Shown here one piece after another: positions 16,716 through 27,060 of a stretch of 32,000 nucleotides of DNA (the first letter of the stretch is position 1; every line of letters begins with the position of its first letter). The notes below the pieces were generated by a model. It was not told the origin of the DNA and searched no databases. It worked only from the letters and a program-made list of their open reading frames with translations. This stretch comes from Psychrobacter sp. DM4 (GTDB taxonomy: Bacteria; Pseudomonadota; Gammaproteobacteria; Pseudomonadales; Moraxellaceae), in contig NZ_CP195536.1 in NCBI RefSeq assembly GCF_051307035.1, positions 1,680,001-1,712,000 of the forward strand, read 5' to 3'. A program made the translations under genes and the position numbers.

Positions 16716-18032
16716 TTACTGAGCGGCAGCGTCTTGCTCAAAGAGTTTCATCAGCTCCTCACGCATACGGTCGCGTTCGGCCTCTGACATCATTGGTGTA
16801 TCGCCATTATCTTGCAGGTGTGGATTGATACCACCGAGGCCCTCTTGTTGCATCGCAACGGGGCGCTGTACGGCTTCTTGTACTGGACGCTCTTCTAAGA
16901 CGATCTCGACTTCAGCGTTTTTGCCGCGGCGCAGTATTTGTGTCTTTAGCGCAGTGTTTGGCGGTTTGCGTGCTACATACTGGATGAGCGTATTAGCATC
17001 AGTCATCTCAACGCCATCAATCGTTAAGATCACATCGCCAATTTGCAAACCACTCTTGGCAGCAGGTCCTTGTGGTACGACGCTCAATACCTCAACCCCT
17101 GTTGTGGTTTCAAGCTGAGTGGGATCACGTAGCTGCGACTGAATCTCGATACCTAGCCAGCCACGACTGACGCGTCCGTCTTTGATCAGCGCATTCATCA
17201 CCTGCTCAACGAGTGCCGTTGGAATAGCGAAGCCAATACCCATCGAGCCACCAGAACGGGAGAAGATCACGGTATTGATACCGACCAGCTCACCGCGTGC
17301 ATCGACGAGTGCTCCACCTGAATTACCTGGGTTGATCGCCGCGTCTGTCTGGATAAAGTCCTCAAACTTATTGACGCCAAGACCAGTACGACCTGTGGCC
17401 GAGATAATACCTTGGGTCACCGTCTGACCCACCCCAAATGGATTGCCGATTGCAAGGGCCAGATCGCCAACACGGATAGGCTCTTCACGAAATCCTAATG
17501 GTGTCAGCCCCGTTATATCAACCCGAATGACTGCTAGATCACTGTCAGGATCAGTGCCGATAACTTTGGCTCGGCTTTTGCTCCCATCACTAAAAGCGAC
17601 GGTTATCTCATCGGCTTTTTCGACTACGTGAGCATTGGTCACAATATAGCCATCTGCTGATACAATCACGCCAGAACCTAAGTTGGTGGCGGCTGGTCCC
17701 TGCTGATCACCTTGATTTTCAAAAAAACGGCGTAGCACAGGATCATCTATATAGGGATGCTCTGCCATCGTTTGGGTGGTATAGATATTGACTACCGATT
17801 GCGACGCGCGCGCGACCGCGTCATGGTACGACGACACCGGAACAGGCGTGTCCAATATAGGAGATGCGGTTTGCTCGATAGGCTGCGCTCTTGGTGGCTC
17901 CCATGTTGCCTCTGATGGTGTTCTCATACTCGTAAACAACCAAACAAACGCGGCGATTACTATCAGTAGCAATATCCAAGGTAGCCATTTTAGTAAGCTG
18001 TTTTTGCTGTTGACATTACGAGACGATGACAT
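16716..18032 (-). CDS. Membrane-anchored periplasmic serine endoprotease, DegS/AlgW-like (S1C, single PDZ) with a C-terminal extension
   Basis: N-terminal TM LKWLPWILLLIVIAAFVWLF. Catalytic triad contexts are TNAHVV, DLAVIRV and GNSGGAL. There is one PDZ (GVEVLSVVPQGPAAKSGLQIGDVILTIDG). Confidence 0.85.
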   Translation of the reverse strand: MSSSRNVNSKNSLLKWLPWILLLIVIAAFVWLFTSMRTPSEATWEPPRAQPIEQTASPILDTPVPVSSYHDAVARASQSVVNIYTTQTMAEHPYIDDPVLRRFFENQGDQQGPAATNLGSGVIVSADGYIVTNAHVVEKADEITVAFSDGSKSRAKVIGTDPDSDLAVIRVDITGLTPLGFREEPIRVGDLALAIGNPFGVGQTVTQGIISATGRTGLGVNKFEDFIQTDAAINPGNSGGALVDARGELVGINTVIFSRSGGSMGIGFAIPTALVEQVMNALIKDGRVSRGWLGIEIQSQLRDPTQLETTTGVEVLSVVPQGPAAKSGLQIGDVILTIDGVEMTDANTLIQYVARKPPNTALKTQILRRGKNAEVEIVLEERPVQEAVQRPVAMQQEGLGGINPHLQDNGDTPMMSEAERDRMREELMKLFEQDAAAQ

Positions 18033-18272
18033 ATAAAAGACCTCTGATGTTCGATATAAGCTATGGTTAATTCAATACAGATAATGGTTAAGAGCACGGA
18101 TAGACAATGCCAAGATAGCTCTGAATTATAGCGCTCCTTGACCCATTATAGTAACGTATCCTGTACCATTTCAGTTATTGTGCTTATCTATGCATTTACA
18201 AGTGCTATGGTAATATAGCGACCTACTTCACTGATACAAATACAACTTATTGACTTATAACAAGGACAAGTA

Positions 18273-19079
18273 ATGACTATCAAAGGCGACTTACTTATCA
18301 CCGCTCAAACTTTGACGCAGTTTTGTGATAATTACTTGCAAGCGGATGCTTTTAAAGACTACTCGCCAAATGGTTTGCAAGTGGATGGCGGTCGTCCTAT
18401 AGCCCGTATCGTGACTGGCGTGACCGCGTGCGAAGCGCTCATTGACGCCGCGATTGAGGCGGGTGCCGATGCCATTATGGTACATCATGGCTATTTTTGG
18501 AAAGGCGAAGATGAGACTATTACAGGGACGAAAGGTCGACGTATCGGTAAACTCATGCAGCATGGTATCTCTCTGATTGCCTATCATTTACCGCTTGACG
18601 CGCATCCTACCCTTGGCAATAACGCGATGTTGGCACAAGCATTCGGACTAACGATAACCGGTGCGCTCTACCCTCATGAGTCGCATCCTGTTGGCAATAT
18701 AGCCACTTGCACCCCGCAAACTGCTGACGATCTAAAAGCGACCATCGAAAAAGCCCTACAGCGGACGCCTTTGCATATAGCAAGTCATTACGATGTTGAG
18801 GGTAAACCAAACCATGAGCCAAAGCTTATCGAACGCGTTGGTATCTGTACAGGTGGCGCGCAAGATATGATAGAGCAAGCCGCCATTATGCAATGCGATG
18901 CTTATATCTCAGGAGAGATATCGGAGCGTACCACTCATAGTGCGCGTGAGCTTGGTGTCGATTATTTTGCTTGTGGTCATCATGCTACTGAGCGCGGTGG
19001 TATTCAGGCTCTAGGAGAACTGGTAGCGACACATTTCGGTCTGCCAGTTACATTCATAGATATAGACAATCCTGCTTAG
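18273..19079 (+). CDS. Nif3-family dinuclear metal centre protein (YbgI / GTP cyclohydrolase 1 type 2 homologue)
   Basis: Nif3 motifs are present: ADAIMVHHGYFW, AYHLPLDAHP, and C-terminal CGHHATERGG. Confidence 0.85.
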   Translation: MTIKGDLLITAQTLTQFCDNYLQADAFKDYSPNGLQVDGGRPIARIVTGVTACEALIDAAIEAGADAIMVHHGYFWKGEDETITGTKGRRIGKLMQHGISLIAYHLPLDAHPTLGNNAMLAQAFGLTITGALYPHESHPVGNIATCTPQTADDLKATIEKALQRTPLHIASHYDVEGKPNHEPKLIERVGICTGGAQDMIEQAAIMQCDAYISGEISERTTHSARELGVDYFACGHHATERGGIQALGELVATHFGLPVTFIDIDNPA

Positions 19080-19887
19080 TCTAAGTGTTTCATTGGACAC
19101 TGATGAGTACATTGGTATAAAAACCTACTAAATGTCTATTGTAAGCTACTATACTATCTCTAAAACTGACCCTGATTTTGACCGTTTACTACCCTATTAT
19201 TAAGTTTTATCGCCTTTTACTTAACCCTACTTGAATAATAGCTATGAAAACCTCATAGTAATGGGATGTAAAAGACTGTCTTGTCATGAGACATTCCATT
19301 TATTATAGCTTCCGGTTATGGTGCTATCAGTCTACGGTACTGCGCTTTGTAGCGTTTAAAATACTGTGTTTGGACTTTTGGTATCGCGGCAATAGCAAAG
19401 TATGAGATTCTTTGTAAGTTAGGGAAATGTCTTAGCTAGTAAGATTACTCTTCTTTGCGTTATTGATATCGCTAGATGACAGCTTATCAAAACTGCTCAT
19501 TTATACTTAGTATGTTTTGACATCGTACAACCTGCATTGAATACTCATTTATTGTATCGATGCATCTGCTGTTGTTTTATAACTTTTTCATGACCTTATC
19601 TGTTTTATAGCGCCATTTAATCTGTTTTGATGAAGGAATCATCTGAATACTATCCTTCATAATGCTGTGCGCGTAAGTTTCTTAATTTAATACTTTGGCT
19701 CTACGCTTACAGATAGATTGCTCGCTGATGTCAGTTAATGACTGACGTATAACGAGCGCGCTATTAAAACAAGACGATACCTTAGCCAATCATAGGCTTA
19801 GGCATAGTTTAAAACGTATCAGTTTAGACTTTTGAGTGTATTTGATATGTTTTGGATAAGTAGGATGGCTAAAATCAGGAGACATCC

Positions 19888-21096
19888 ATGCAACGTATTA
19901 CTTATCGTGTCAAAGTGTCAACGCAAGGGGTTAAACGCCGTATATCGCATTTGCTAAAACCTTCTAAGCGCACGCTTATCACTAGAAGTAACCTCGTTCC
20001 ATCAAGCCCTACCCTTACAAAAGGTCGTTTTGCAAAATCCAAAAAATTAGTTCAAGTCTCAGGTATCGCTATGCTATCCTTGCCTGCCGAAAGTTTGACG
20101 ACTATGAACAATACTGTTCCAGCATACGATAACGTTATGCTTGAGCAAACTCTAACGATTGCGGCGGTTCCAGGTGATAGTACCTATTTTGCCACCGATG
20201 GTTTTCAGCATGGTTTTGGCTATGATTTGGTGCGCAGTTATGCTGACGAGCTAGGCGTTGATGTTAATCTAAAAGCTTATGCCAATGAGCAAGCAGCACT
20301 AAAAGCCGTTCGCTCAGGTGCTGCTGATATGGCATTGACGACCGCGAGCACGCAATTAAAAAGCCAGCTTGGTGTCTCCTCTGTCAATCTAAGTTGCGGT
20401 TACGATAGCAATCTAACTGACAATGGCTTACATCCAAAGGTGAGTTGGAGCTTTAATGGCGCAGACGATCCTTTATCACAAAAGGCCAGTACCTTTTTGT
20501 GTGATAGCATCAAGCTCGATGATACGCAAAAGCTAGCTGCATTTTATAATCAGAACTTGCTCAAAGACGCTTATAGCCAAAATCATTTCCAAAAGACTTT
20601 AACTGAGACCTTGCCCGATTATCAATCCTCTTTTCAGCAACAAGCCCAAAACTATAATCATGATTGGGAGCTGCTCGTCGCTATGGGCTACCAAGAGTCG
20701 CATTTGGATGCCAGTGCAGTATCACCAACGGGTGTACGTGGTATCATGATGCTTACCAATACTACAGCTAAAGCGATGGGCGTCTCAGACCGCGTTGATC
20801 CGTATCAGAGTATTGGCGGCGGCGCGCGCTATCTGGAGCAAGTCAAAGAAGATTTCGCTGATGTACCAAAGAACGATCGTATCTGGTTTGCGCTCGCAGG
20901 TTATAACATGGGCCCAAATGCGGTAAAACGTATCCAGCGTGAACTACGCGCACAAGGGGTGGATGATAAGAGCTGGGCGAATGTCTATGCTTATCTATCA
21001 GAAAATAGAGCCTCTAACAGCCGTTATGGTCAGGCGATGCATTATGTTAGTAATATCAGAAGCTATCTTGAAACCCTGAAGACACAAACCGTATAG
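19888..21096 (+). CDS. mltF: MltF-like lytic murein transglycosylase (periplasmic-binding-like domain plus SLT domain)
   Basis: The C-terminal block GYQESHLDASAVSPTGVRGIMMLTNTTAKAMGVSDRVDPYQSIGGGARYL...DRIWFALAGYNMG is collinear with the E. coli MltF SLT domain. SD AGGAG lies 7 nt before ATG 19888. No obvious signal peptide is visible. Confidence 0.8.
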   Translation: MQRITYRVKVSTQGVKRRISHLLKPSKRTLITRSNLVPSSPTLTKGRFAKSKKLVQVSGIAMLSLPAESLTTMNNTVPAYDNVMLEQTLTIAAVPGDSTYFATDGFQHGFGYDLVRSYADELGVDVNLKAYANEQAALKAVRSGAADMALTTASTQLKSQLGVSSVNLSCGYDSNLTDNGLHPKVSWSFNGADDPLSQKASTFLCDSIKLDDTQKLAAFYNQNLLKDAYSQNHFQKTLTETLPDYQSSFQQQAQNYNHDWELLVAMGYQESHLDASAVSPTGVRGIMMLTNTTAKAMGVSDRVDPYQSIGGGARYLEQVKEDFADVPKNDRIWFALAGYNMGPNAVKRIQRELRAQGVDDKSWANVYAYLSENRASNSRYGQAMHYVSNIRSYLETLKTQTV

Positions 21097-21129
21097 CTTG
21101 AGATAGTTTAGGATGGGTCTAATGGACAT

Positions 21130-21161
21130 AAAAAAGCGGCTCTTATAAGAGCCGCTTTTTT
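21130..21161. terminator. Bidirectional rho-independent terminator between mltF-like and mltD-like genes
   Basis: AAAAAA, then the palindrome GCGGCTCTTA/TAAGAGCCGC, then TTTTTT. Confidence 0.9.
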
Positions 21162-21184
21162 ATGCTTGTATTTAATGATCAGGA

Positions 21185-24178
21185 TTAACGATTCGGTACT
21201 GTCAAACGCTGTCCACGCTGTAGCATAGTGTCCGCTGCAATGTCATTCATATCAGCAAGCTCTTGTGTCGATACACCATATTTGCGTGCAAGACCGATCA
21301 AACTATCCCCTGAACCAACGGTATAACTGACCATCACTTTAGGTACTTTAATCGTCTGCCCGCGCTGCAACTGAGCGTTACTAGCAATGTTGTTAGTCGC
21401 CGCAAGATCGTCTACTGATACGCCAAAACGACGCGATAGAGCAATCAAACCATCTCCTGATTGCACTTTATAATTCTCAGTGTTACCCAGCTTTTTGCCG
21501 CTGCTAGTCGTTGAACTAGTGCTAGCACTGCTATTAGAAGTGCTGTTACTACTAGAAGTCGTACTTTTCGAGCTACTGTCAGTAGCTGGAATGGTAATTG
21601 TACGCCCTCTGATTAGATTGGATCTCGTTGTCAGGTTATTAGCGGCTGCCAAATCACTCAGACCGATATTGTAACGGCTAGCCACACCCGTTAAGGTATC
21701 GCCAGATTGGACTTTATAGCTGACAGGCTTATCGTTTAATTGACGCTCAACCTTATCCTTTGATACTGGAACTTTGATCGTCTGACCGCGTTGCAAGCGT
21801 GCACGCGAATCAAAACTACTGTTTACGGCAGCGATATCAGCGGCGCTAACCTCTAGACTATTAGCAATTCCAATCAAGGTATCTCCTGATTTGACGGTGT
21901 AGTTGCTAGTCGCAACTGAACGGCTACTGGCAGCGCTACTTTTGCTGCTAGTACTGACATTGGCACTAGCAGGTACGACTAATTTTTGACCGACGTATAG
22001 GGAGTCTGTAGTACTTAGTCCATTTATATTAGCAAGAGTCATGGTCGGAATATTGAACTGACGCGCTAAAGCAATGAGACCATCGCCTGATTTGACCGTA
22101 TAGCTCTTGGTAGGTATCTTTGATGAGCTGCTACTCGATGAGCCGCTAGATCGAGTCGATGGCGCCGCTTGAGTACTTGCAGGCGCTTTGACTTTGTCAG
22201 GTACTAGCCACAGCTTTTGTCCTATGAGCAGATCAGCACGGCTACTTAGATTATTGTAGGTCGCTAACTGAGTCACAGACATATCAAAACGATTGGCAGT
22301 ACCTATGAGTGTATCGCCGCTTTGTACCACGTAGCTCTCAGGCTGACTGGCAGTCTCACTGCTGCTAATAGGTGCAATGGTTTTGGCATCATATAGATAC
22401 AAAGTGCTACCTGATAACAGATTAGCACTTGAATCAATCTGGTTCCATTCAGCGATATCGCGCCAGTTTAGTCCTGCGCGGCCTGCGATGTTCGATAGCG
22501 TATCACCGCGTTTAACAGTATAAGTACTACGCTCTCCTTGGGGTTTTGGCTTGCTAGGCTTAGAGCTCGCTCCTGATGAGAAGGTAATCTTTTTCTCTTT
22601 GCCGCTAGCCTCCAAGATAGACTGCTGCGTTTGTATCGCGGATAACTTGATGTTGCCATCGATAGGACTAATCGCTTGGCTGACCTCATTTGTCTGTCTT
22701 TGAATTTGACTGGCGATAAAGTCACGCTCCTCTCTAGTCAGAGGTGGCTCTTGAACGATAGTATTGTTACTCGTGATTTTGGCTGAAGTCGTCGGCAAGC
22801 TATTACTACTTTGCAATTCAGCATTAATCTTTTTGGTCTCATTACTCGTAATGGCAGGCTCAGTACGCAGCGAGGTATTACTATTGTACACAGAGCCGCC
22901 CGCTTGCGTTGTCGTAGGTGAGATATAACTGGTCGTCTGCTGCGGTACGATAGCACTTGCGGCGTAATCTGCCAGACCGCTGCCAGTAGAAGGCAGTGAT
23001 GAGCTAGTATAAGGCTGGTTGTTATAGCTTGGTGTTGCTGGCGTCGTTGCAGCAATGACGTTGCTACTACCATTACCTCTAAGGGTACTAAGCCTAACAT
23101 CGATATTACTATCGACATCGTTTGGAATGACGACACGCTGCGGACCTGACGAATCAATACGGCCTGAGATGAGCGCGGTATTCAAACGCTCCAGCTCATC
23201 GTAACTGACGCCTGTCACTTGCGCGACCTCCGCCAAGCTTACCCCGTAGTTGACAGGGACACTGCGAAAATGCTGACGGTTGGCAATAGCTGGTAAGTAG
23301 ACGCCGTACTGCTCAGGTTTTGAGACGATCTCGGCAACAGCTAAGAAGCGCGGTACGTAGTTCATAGTTTCAGTAGGCAGTCTTAGTGACCAGTAGTCCG
23401 TTGGTAACCCTTGGGCAGCATTGGCATCAATAGCCTTTTGAATACGACCAGGCCCTGCGTTATAAGACGCGAGTGCTAACTCCCAGCTGCCAAACTGATT
23501 GTATAGTGCGGTCAAAAAGTCATAAGCGGCGCGAGTGGATTCGATAACGTCGCGGCGACCATCATATGTGCTGCTTTGATTAAGACCATAAATACGACCG
23601 GTACTTGGAATAAACTGCCACATGCCAGCGGCAGCGGCACTGCTGGTCGCCCCTGGGTCGTACGAGCTCTCAATGATCGGTAGTAGTGCAAGCTCCGTTG
23701 GAATGTTGCGGCGCTCAGCTTCTCGTACCGTGTGATATAGATAGCGGCTTGAGCGCGCAGTCAGACGATTGAGGTAATCTTGACGACTGGTGAACCATCC
23801 TTTTTGCGCCTCAATACGCTGATTGAACACAGGCTGACCTCTATTTATGCGGTAGCCTGCACGTAGACGACTCCACAAGTCACCATACTGCTGGATGACC
23901 AGTTTGTTACCCTCAACCATCGTCATATCGCTAGCTTCTAGCAAGTCCGCCAACTCATCCAAACTCTCAGCGTCCAAATACGCGGTAGAATAATCAGTGC
24001 TGCTCGCTGCTGTATTGACCGTAGGCTGTGCTGCAGGCCTTTTTACAACAGGTTTAGTTGTTAATCCTGTATTTTTAACCGTTGAGGTATTACTACAGGC
24101 GCTTATCAGCAGAGTCGATACCACAAGCGCCAAAGGTAGAGCGATAAATGAGCGAGATTTTGAGGACACAGTAGACAT
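21185..24178 (-). CDS. mltD: MltD-like membrane-bound lytic murein transglycosylase lipoprotein with an expanded LysM array
   Basis: Lipoprotein signal ending in lipobox LISAC. SLT catalytic region LLPIIESSYDPGATSSAAAAGMWQFIP. Seven clear C-terminal LysM modules follow (Y[TVK]V[KQG]SGD[TGS]L...) plus one degenerate module after the SLT domain. Ser-rich linkers separate them. Confidence 0.9.
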   Translation of the reverse strand: MSTVSSKSRSFIALPLALVVSTLLISACSNTSTVKNTGLTTKPVVKRPAAQPTVNTAASSTDYSTAYLDAESLDELADLLEASDMTMVEGNKLVIQQYGDLWSRLRAGYRINRGQPVFNQRIEAQKGWFTSRQDYLNRLTARSSRYLYHTVREAERRNIPTELALLPIIESSYDPGATSSAAAAGMWQFIPSTGRIYGLNQSSTYDGRRDVIESTRAAYDFLTALYNQFGSWELALASYNAGPGRIQKAIDANAAQGLPTDYWSLRLPTETMNYVPRFLAVAEIVSKPEQYGVYLPAIANRQHFRSVPVNYGVSLAEVAQVTGVSYDELERLNTALISGRIDSSGPQRVVIPNDVDSNIDVRLSTLRGNGSSNVIAATTPATPSYNNQPYTSSSLPSTGSGLADYAASAIVPQQTTSYISPTTTQAGGSVYNSNTSLRTEPAITSNETKKINAELQSSNSLPTTSAKITSNNTIVQEPPLTREERDFIASQIQRQTNEVSQAISPIDGNIKLSAIQTQQSILEASGKEKKITFSSGASSKPSKPKPQGERSTYTVKRGDTLSNIAGRAGLNWRDIAEWNQIDSSANLLSGSTLYLYDAKTIAPISSSETASQPESYVVQSGDTLIGTANRFDMSVTQLATYNNLSSRADLLIGQKLWLVPDKVKAPASTQAAPSTRSSGSSSSSSSKIPTKSYTVKSGDGLIALARQFNIPTMTLANINGLSTTDSLYVGQKLVVPASANVSTSSKSSAASSRSVATSNYTVKSGDTLIGIANSLEVSAADIAAVNSSFDSRARLQRGQTIKVPVSKDKVERQLNDKPVSYKVQSGDTLTGVASRYNIGLSDLAAANNLTTRSNLIRGRTITIPATDSSSKSTTSSSNSTSNSSASTSSTTSSGKKLGNTENYKVQSGDGLIALSRRFGVSVDDLAATNNIASNAQLQRGQTIKVPKVMVSYTVGSGDSLIGLARKYGVSTQELADMNDIAADTMLQRGQRLTVPNR

Positions 24179-24531
24179 GATAAGGGGTGATTCCTAACAA
24201 TAAGAGAAAAATAAAGAAGAATGACAGTATAGTATGCAATACAGATTAAAAACCAGTATCAGATAAAAGATAGTGATCAGACTTTGAGAATAGTCATTAA
24301 ATCGCAATGACCAGTTAACCCAAGCGGATAATAGCTTTATAGCATGTTAGGCTAAAAAATGGCAAATATAACTGACAAATTGATATGAGTAATTTAAAGA
24401 GCGTTGCGGATATAAAAATAACCATTAACATCAGTCAATGGCTATCTGCGTATCAGCAATGAGTAAAATCAGTAATTACATACTGTTGCAATCATAAACA
24501 GTCGTAGTTATTAATCGGTAATTGCCAATCC

Positions 24532-25026
24532 CTAATCAATAGTTACTTGAGAGACCGCTCGTAGCAGCAGAGCATTACCTGTTGATAGGGTTAAAGTCAC
24601 ACGCGAGTTGGTCACAAAAGACACATTTTTGCCGTCTTTGACCCAGCTTTCAGTAGTAGTCACATTGGCGCGCGCCTGCTCACCAGTAGTCACTATATTA
24701 TCAATAGTAATGTCATAACGGTAGTTTGACGTCTGGTTCCAGCTATTCTGTAGTAGTTTAAGATAAGCATCTTTATCTAAGCTAGTCGATTTACCTTTTC
24801 TAGATAAAGAAATCAAAGCATCATCAGCAACTAAACGAGATACTTGACCGATGTTTTGGTTATTGGCCGACGTTTTCATCGCTGAAGCATAGTTCTGTAC
24901 TAAAGCTTCAGTCATCGTTGCTGCTTGGGCGCTAAGGCTCATTGTAGTTGCTACCGCTACGACTGCTACAATACTAGAGCTTTTAATTAATAAGGCCAAT
25001 AGACCTTTTCCCCAGAGTTTTTTCAT
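24532..25026 (-). CDS. Small secreted hypothetical protein
   Basis: The start is placed at the internal ATG (25026), preceded by TAAGGAT. The signal peptide ends ...SLSAQA. The mature ~125 aa have no motif I can name with confidence. Confidence 0.6.
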   Translation of the reverse strand: MKKLWGKGLLALLIKSSSIVAVVAVATTMSLSAQAATMTEALVQNYASAMKTSANNQNIGQVSRLVADDALISLSRKGKSTSLDKDAYLKLLQNSWNQTSNYRYDITIDNIVTTGEQARANVTTTESWVKDGKNVSFVTNSRVTLTLSTGNALLLRAVSQVTID

Positions 25027-25418
25027 TGTAATCCTTAGTGTTTTCTTCTTCATATTATCTTATAGGCATCAATAGTTTAGCCTAGCATTAAATTCTCACA
25101 GTCGTGTAACGGGCTGTGTAATTCTTAGATGTATTATATGCAAAATCAAGAACTTTACGGTTAATACAATAAAATTAAGTCAAGACCTAACGACAGTGGT
25201 TTGTAGCGATGCTGACTATGTAGTTAGTTCAATATAAAGAAGATATAGCAGGACTGGGATGAATTTTTCGCAGCATCGGGCGGCGTAGGCACAGCAAGCC
25301 AGAAAGATTTATACCAGTTTCGCGTTATTAAATAACGTATCCATTTTATTTAGTATCGACTATATATCGCCATAATAGGGGCAGCTAGTATAAGCTAAGC
25401 CAATCAAACTACGTCTTA

Positions 25419-26717
25419 TCAAAAGCTATCGTCACCTACCTCATCATCACTGATTTTCATACCCAAACGCTCAACTCGCCTGTCCATCATTTGACGTGCT
25501 AACGCTTGCATGTCCTCTACGCGATCGATCTCATCGACAATTTCAAGACCAAGCAAAGTCTCAAATACATCTTCTAAAGTCACAAGACCTTTAACTTCAC
25601 CGTATTCGCCGACTGTGACTGCAATATGAATACGATTCTTGAGCATGAGCTCTAATAGATCGAACAGTTTCATTTTTGAGAACACAAAAGTAATATCGCG
25701 TTTGAACTGCGTTAGGGGCTTGTGCATCGCATGATTGACCTTAGCGAGCAACATATCCGTCTTTAGAACAAACCCTGTGATGTTATCCAAATCCTCATCG
25801 TAAATAGGCAGACGAGAAAAGGTCAATTTTGGTCTATCAACGAGCAGCTCAGCGACGGTCTTTTTTTGCTCAAATGCGAGCATCACCGAACGCGGCGTCA
25901 TGATATCCTCAACTTTGATCGCACCAAAGGCTAATAGATTGCGAATAATTCGCGACTCAAGTGGATCAATTTGACCCGACTCTTCACCGATACTTGCCAG
26001 CGCTGCAAACTCTCGGCGACTAAAGACATTGGCTTCTTTACCGCGAACCAGCAGCTTCGTTAAACGCTCTGATATCCATATCAGCGGATATAATAGAACA
26101 ATAATACCGCGGACAAATATCGCGACTATACCGCTCAGTTGACGCCAATAGACTGTGCCGAGTGTCTTTGGAATGATCTCTGATAAGAACAAAATAGCCA
26201 AAGTCATGATCCCAGAAAACAGACCGAACCACGTACTACCAAATACGATGGTCGCCTGCGCACCCGCACCGATAGAACCTAACGTATGTGCGACTGTATT
26301 TAAAGTCAAAATAGCGGCAAGTGACTGATCGATATTGTCGACCTTGAGGCGCTTGAGCATCTTCGCTTTTTTGGGATTGCGCTCTTGTACATCGGCGATA
26401 AACGAGGGCGTCATACTAAGCAGTGCCGATTCAGCAAGTGAGCAGACAAAAGAGACACCAATAGCAATAGCAACGAAGAATACGAGTAAGAAGATGTTTG
26501 ATGCTGTTGGGTCTGCAGCCACAGCACCGCTAGTAACGCTACCAGCTGCTGCCCATACGGACTGCGGCGCTATAACGAACAAGAACGTTAGCAAGGCTCT
26601 TTTAGAGAATTTAAGACCTAAGAGTACAGGCTTGAGCCTGTTTGTCGGCTCAGGTTCTTCAGGGGCGTCATTGTCGCAAGTTTGCAGATGACTGATATGG
26701 GAGGTAAACGTAGACAT
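25419..26717 (-). CDS. CNNM/DUF21 plus CBS-pair transporter-like protein (HlyC/CorC family, putative divalent-cation efflux)
   Basis: Multiple N-terminal TM helices (DUF21-like) are followed by a CBS pair (VEDIMTPRSVM..., RLPIYDEDLDNITGFV..., HIAVTVGEYGEVKGLVTLEDVFETLLG). The protein ends soon after the CBS pair, so a CorC_HlyC C-terminal domain appears absent. ATG 26717 is chosen over the TTG at 26726. Confidence 0.75.
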   Translation of the reverse strand: MSTFTSHISHLQTCDNDAPEEPEPTNRLKPVLLGLKFSKRALLTFLFVIAPQSVWAAAGSVTSGAVAADPTASNIFLLVFFVAIAIGVSFVCSLAESALLSMTPSFIADVQERNPKKAKMLKRLKVDNIDQSLAAILTLNTVAHTLGSIGAGAQATIVFGSTWFGLFSGIMTLAILFLSEIIPKTLGTVYWRQLSGIVAIFVRGIIVLLYPLIWISERLTKLLVRGKEANVFSRREFAALASIGEESGQIDPLESRIIRNLLAFGAIKVEDIMTPRSVMLAFEQKKTVAELLVDRPKLTFSRLPIYDEDLDNITGFVLKTDMLLAKVNHAMHKPLTQFKRDITFVFSKMKLFDLLELMLKNRIHIAVTVGEYGEVKGLVTLEDVFETLLGLEIVDEIDRVEDMQALARQMMDRRVERLGMKISDDEVGDDSF

Positions 26718-27060
26718 AGTGGGCAAGTTAGCAACCTAAAAAAGAGAAAGAAAGAAGAATAGCTCATCGCAATAAATGCGAACGATAGTAGCACTGATAG
26801 GGTTTTTTCACAATAACGGGTACTTGCTTTTGATGGTACTTGCTGCATATAAATTCAATAGCGAGCGTGAGCACTTTACAACTTTTTAATCTCATTACTA
26901 TTACCCCTATGACAGTGCCATAGTCGTGCAAAATTATGCCAAGCTTATTATAAACAGTTACCAAGTCAAAGAATTTTTGTTACTATGCGTTTAATTTTAT
27001 TATTGTGCGTCTATCTTATGAGCGTACATCTACCTTGATAGTCAATCACCGAGAAACATT

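Noticed and set aside
26618-26964. Overlapping minus-strand ORFs 26618..26848 (76 aa) and 26764..26964 (66 aa) upstream of the CNNM gene
   Set aside because: They lie in AT-rich promoter-like DNA between divergent genes. They overlap each other and the CNNM start, and have no SD and no recognisable features.
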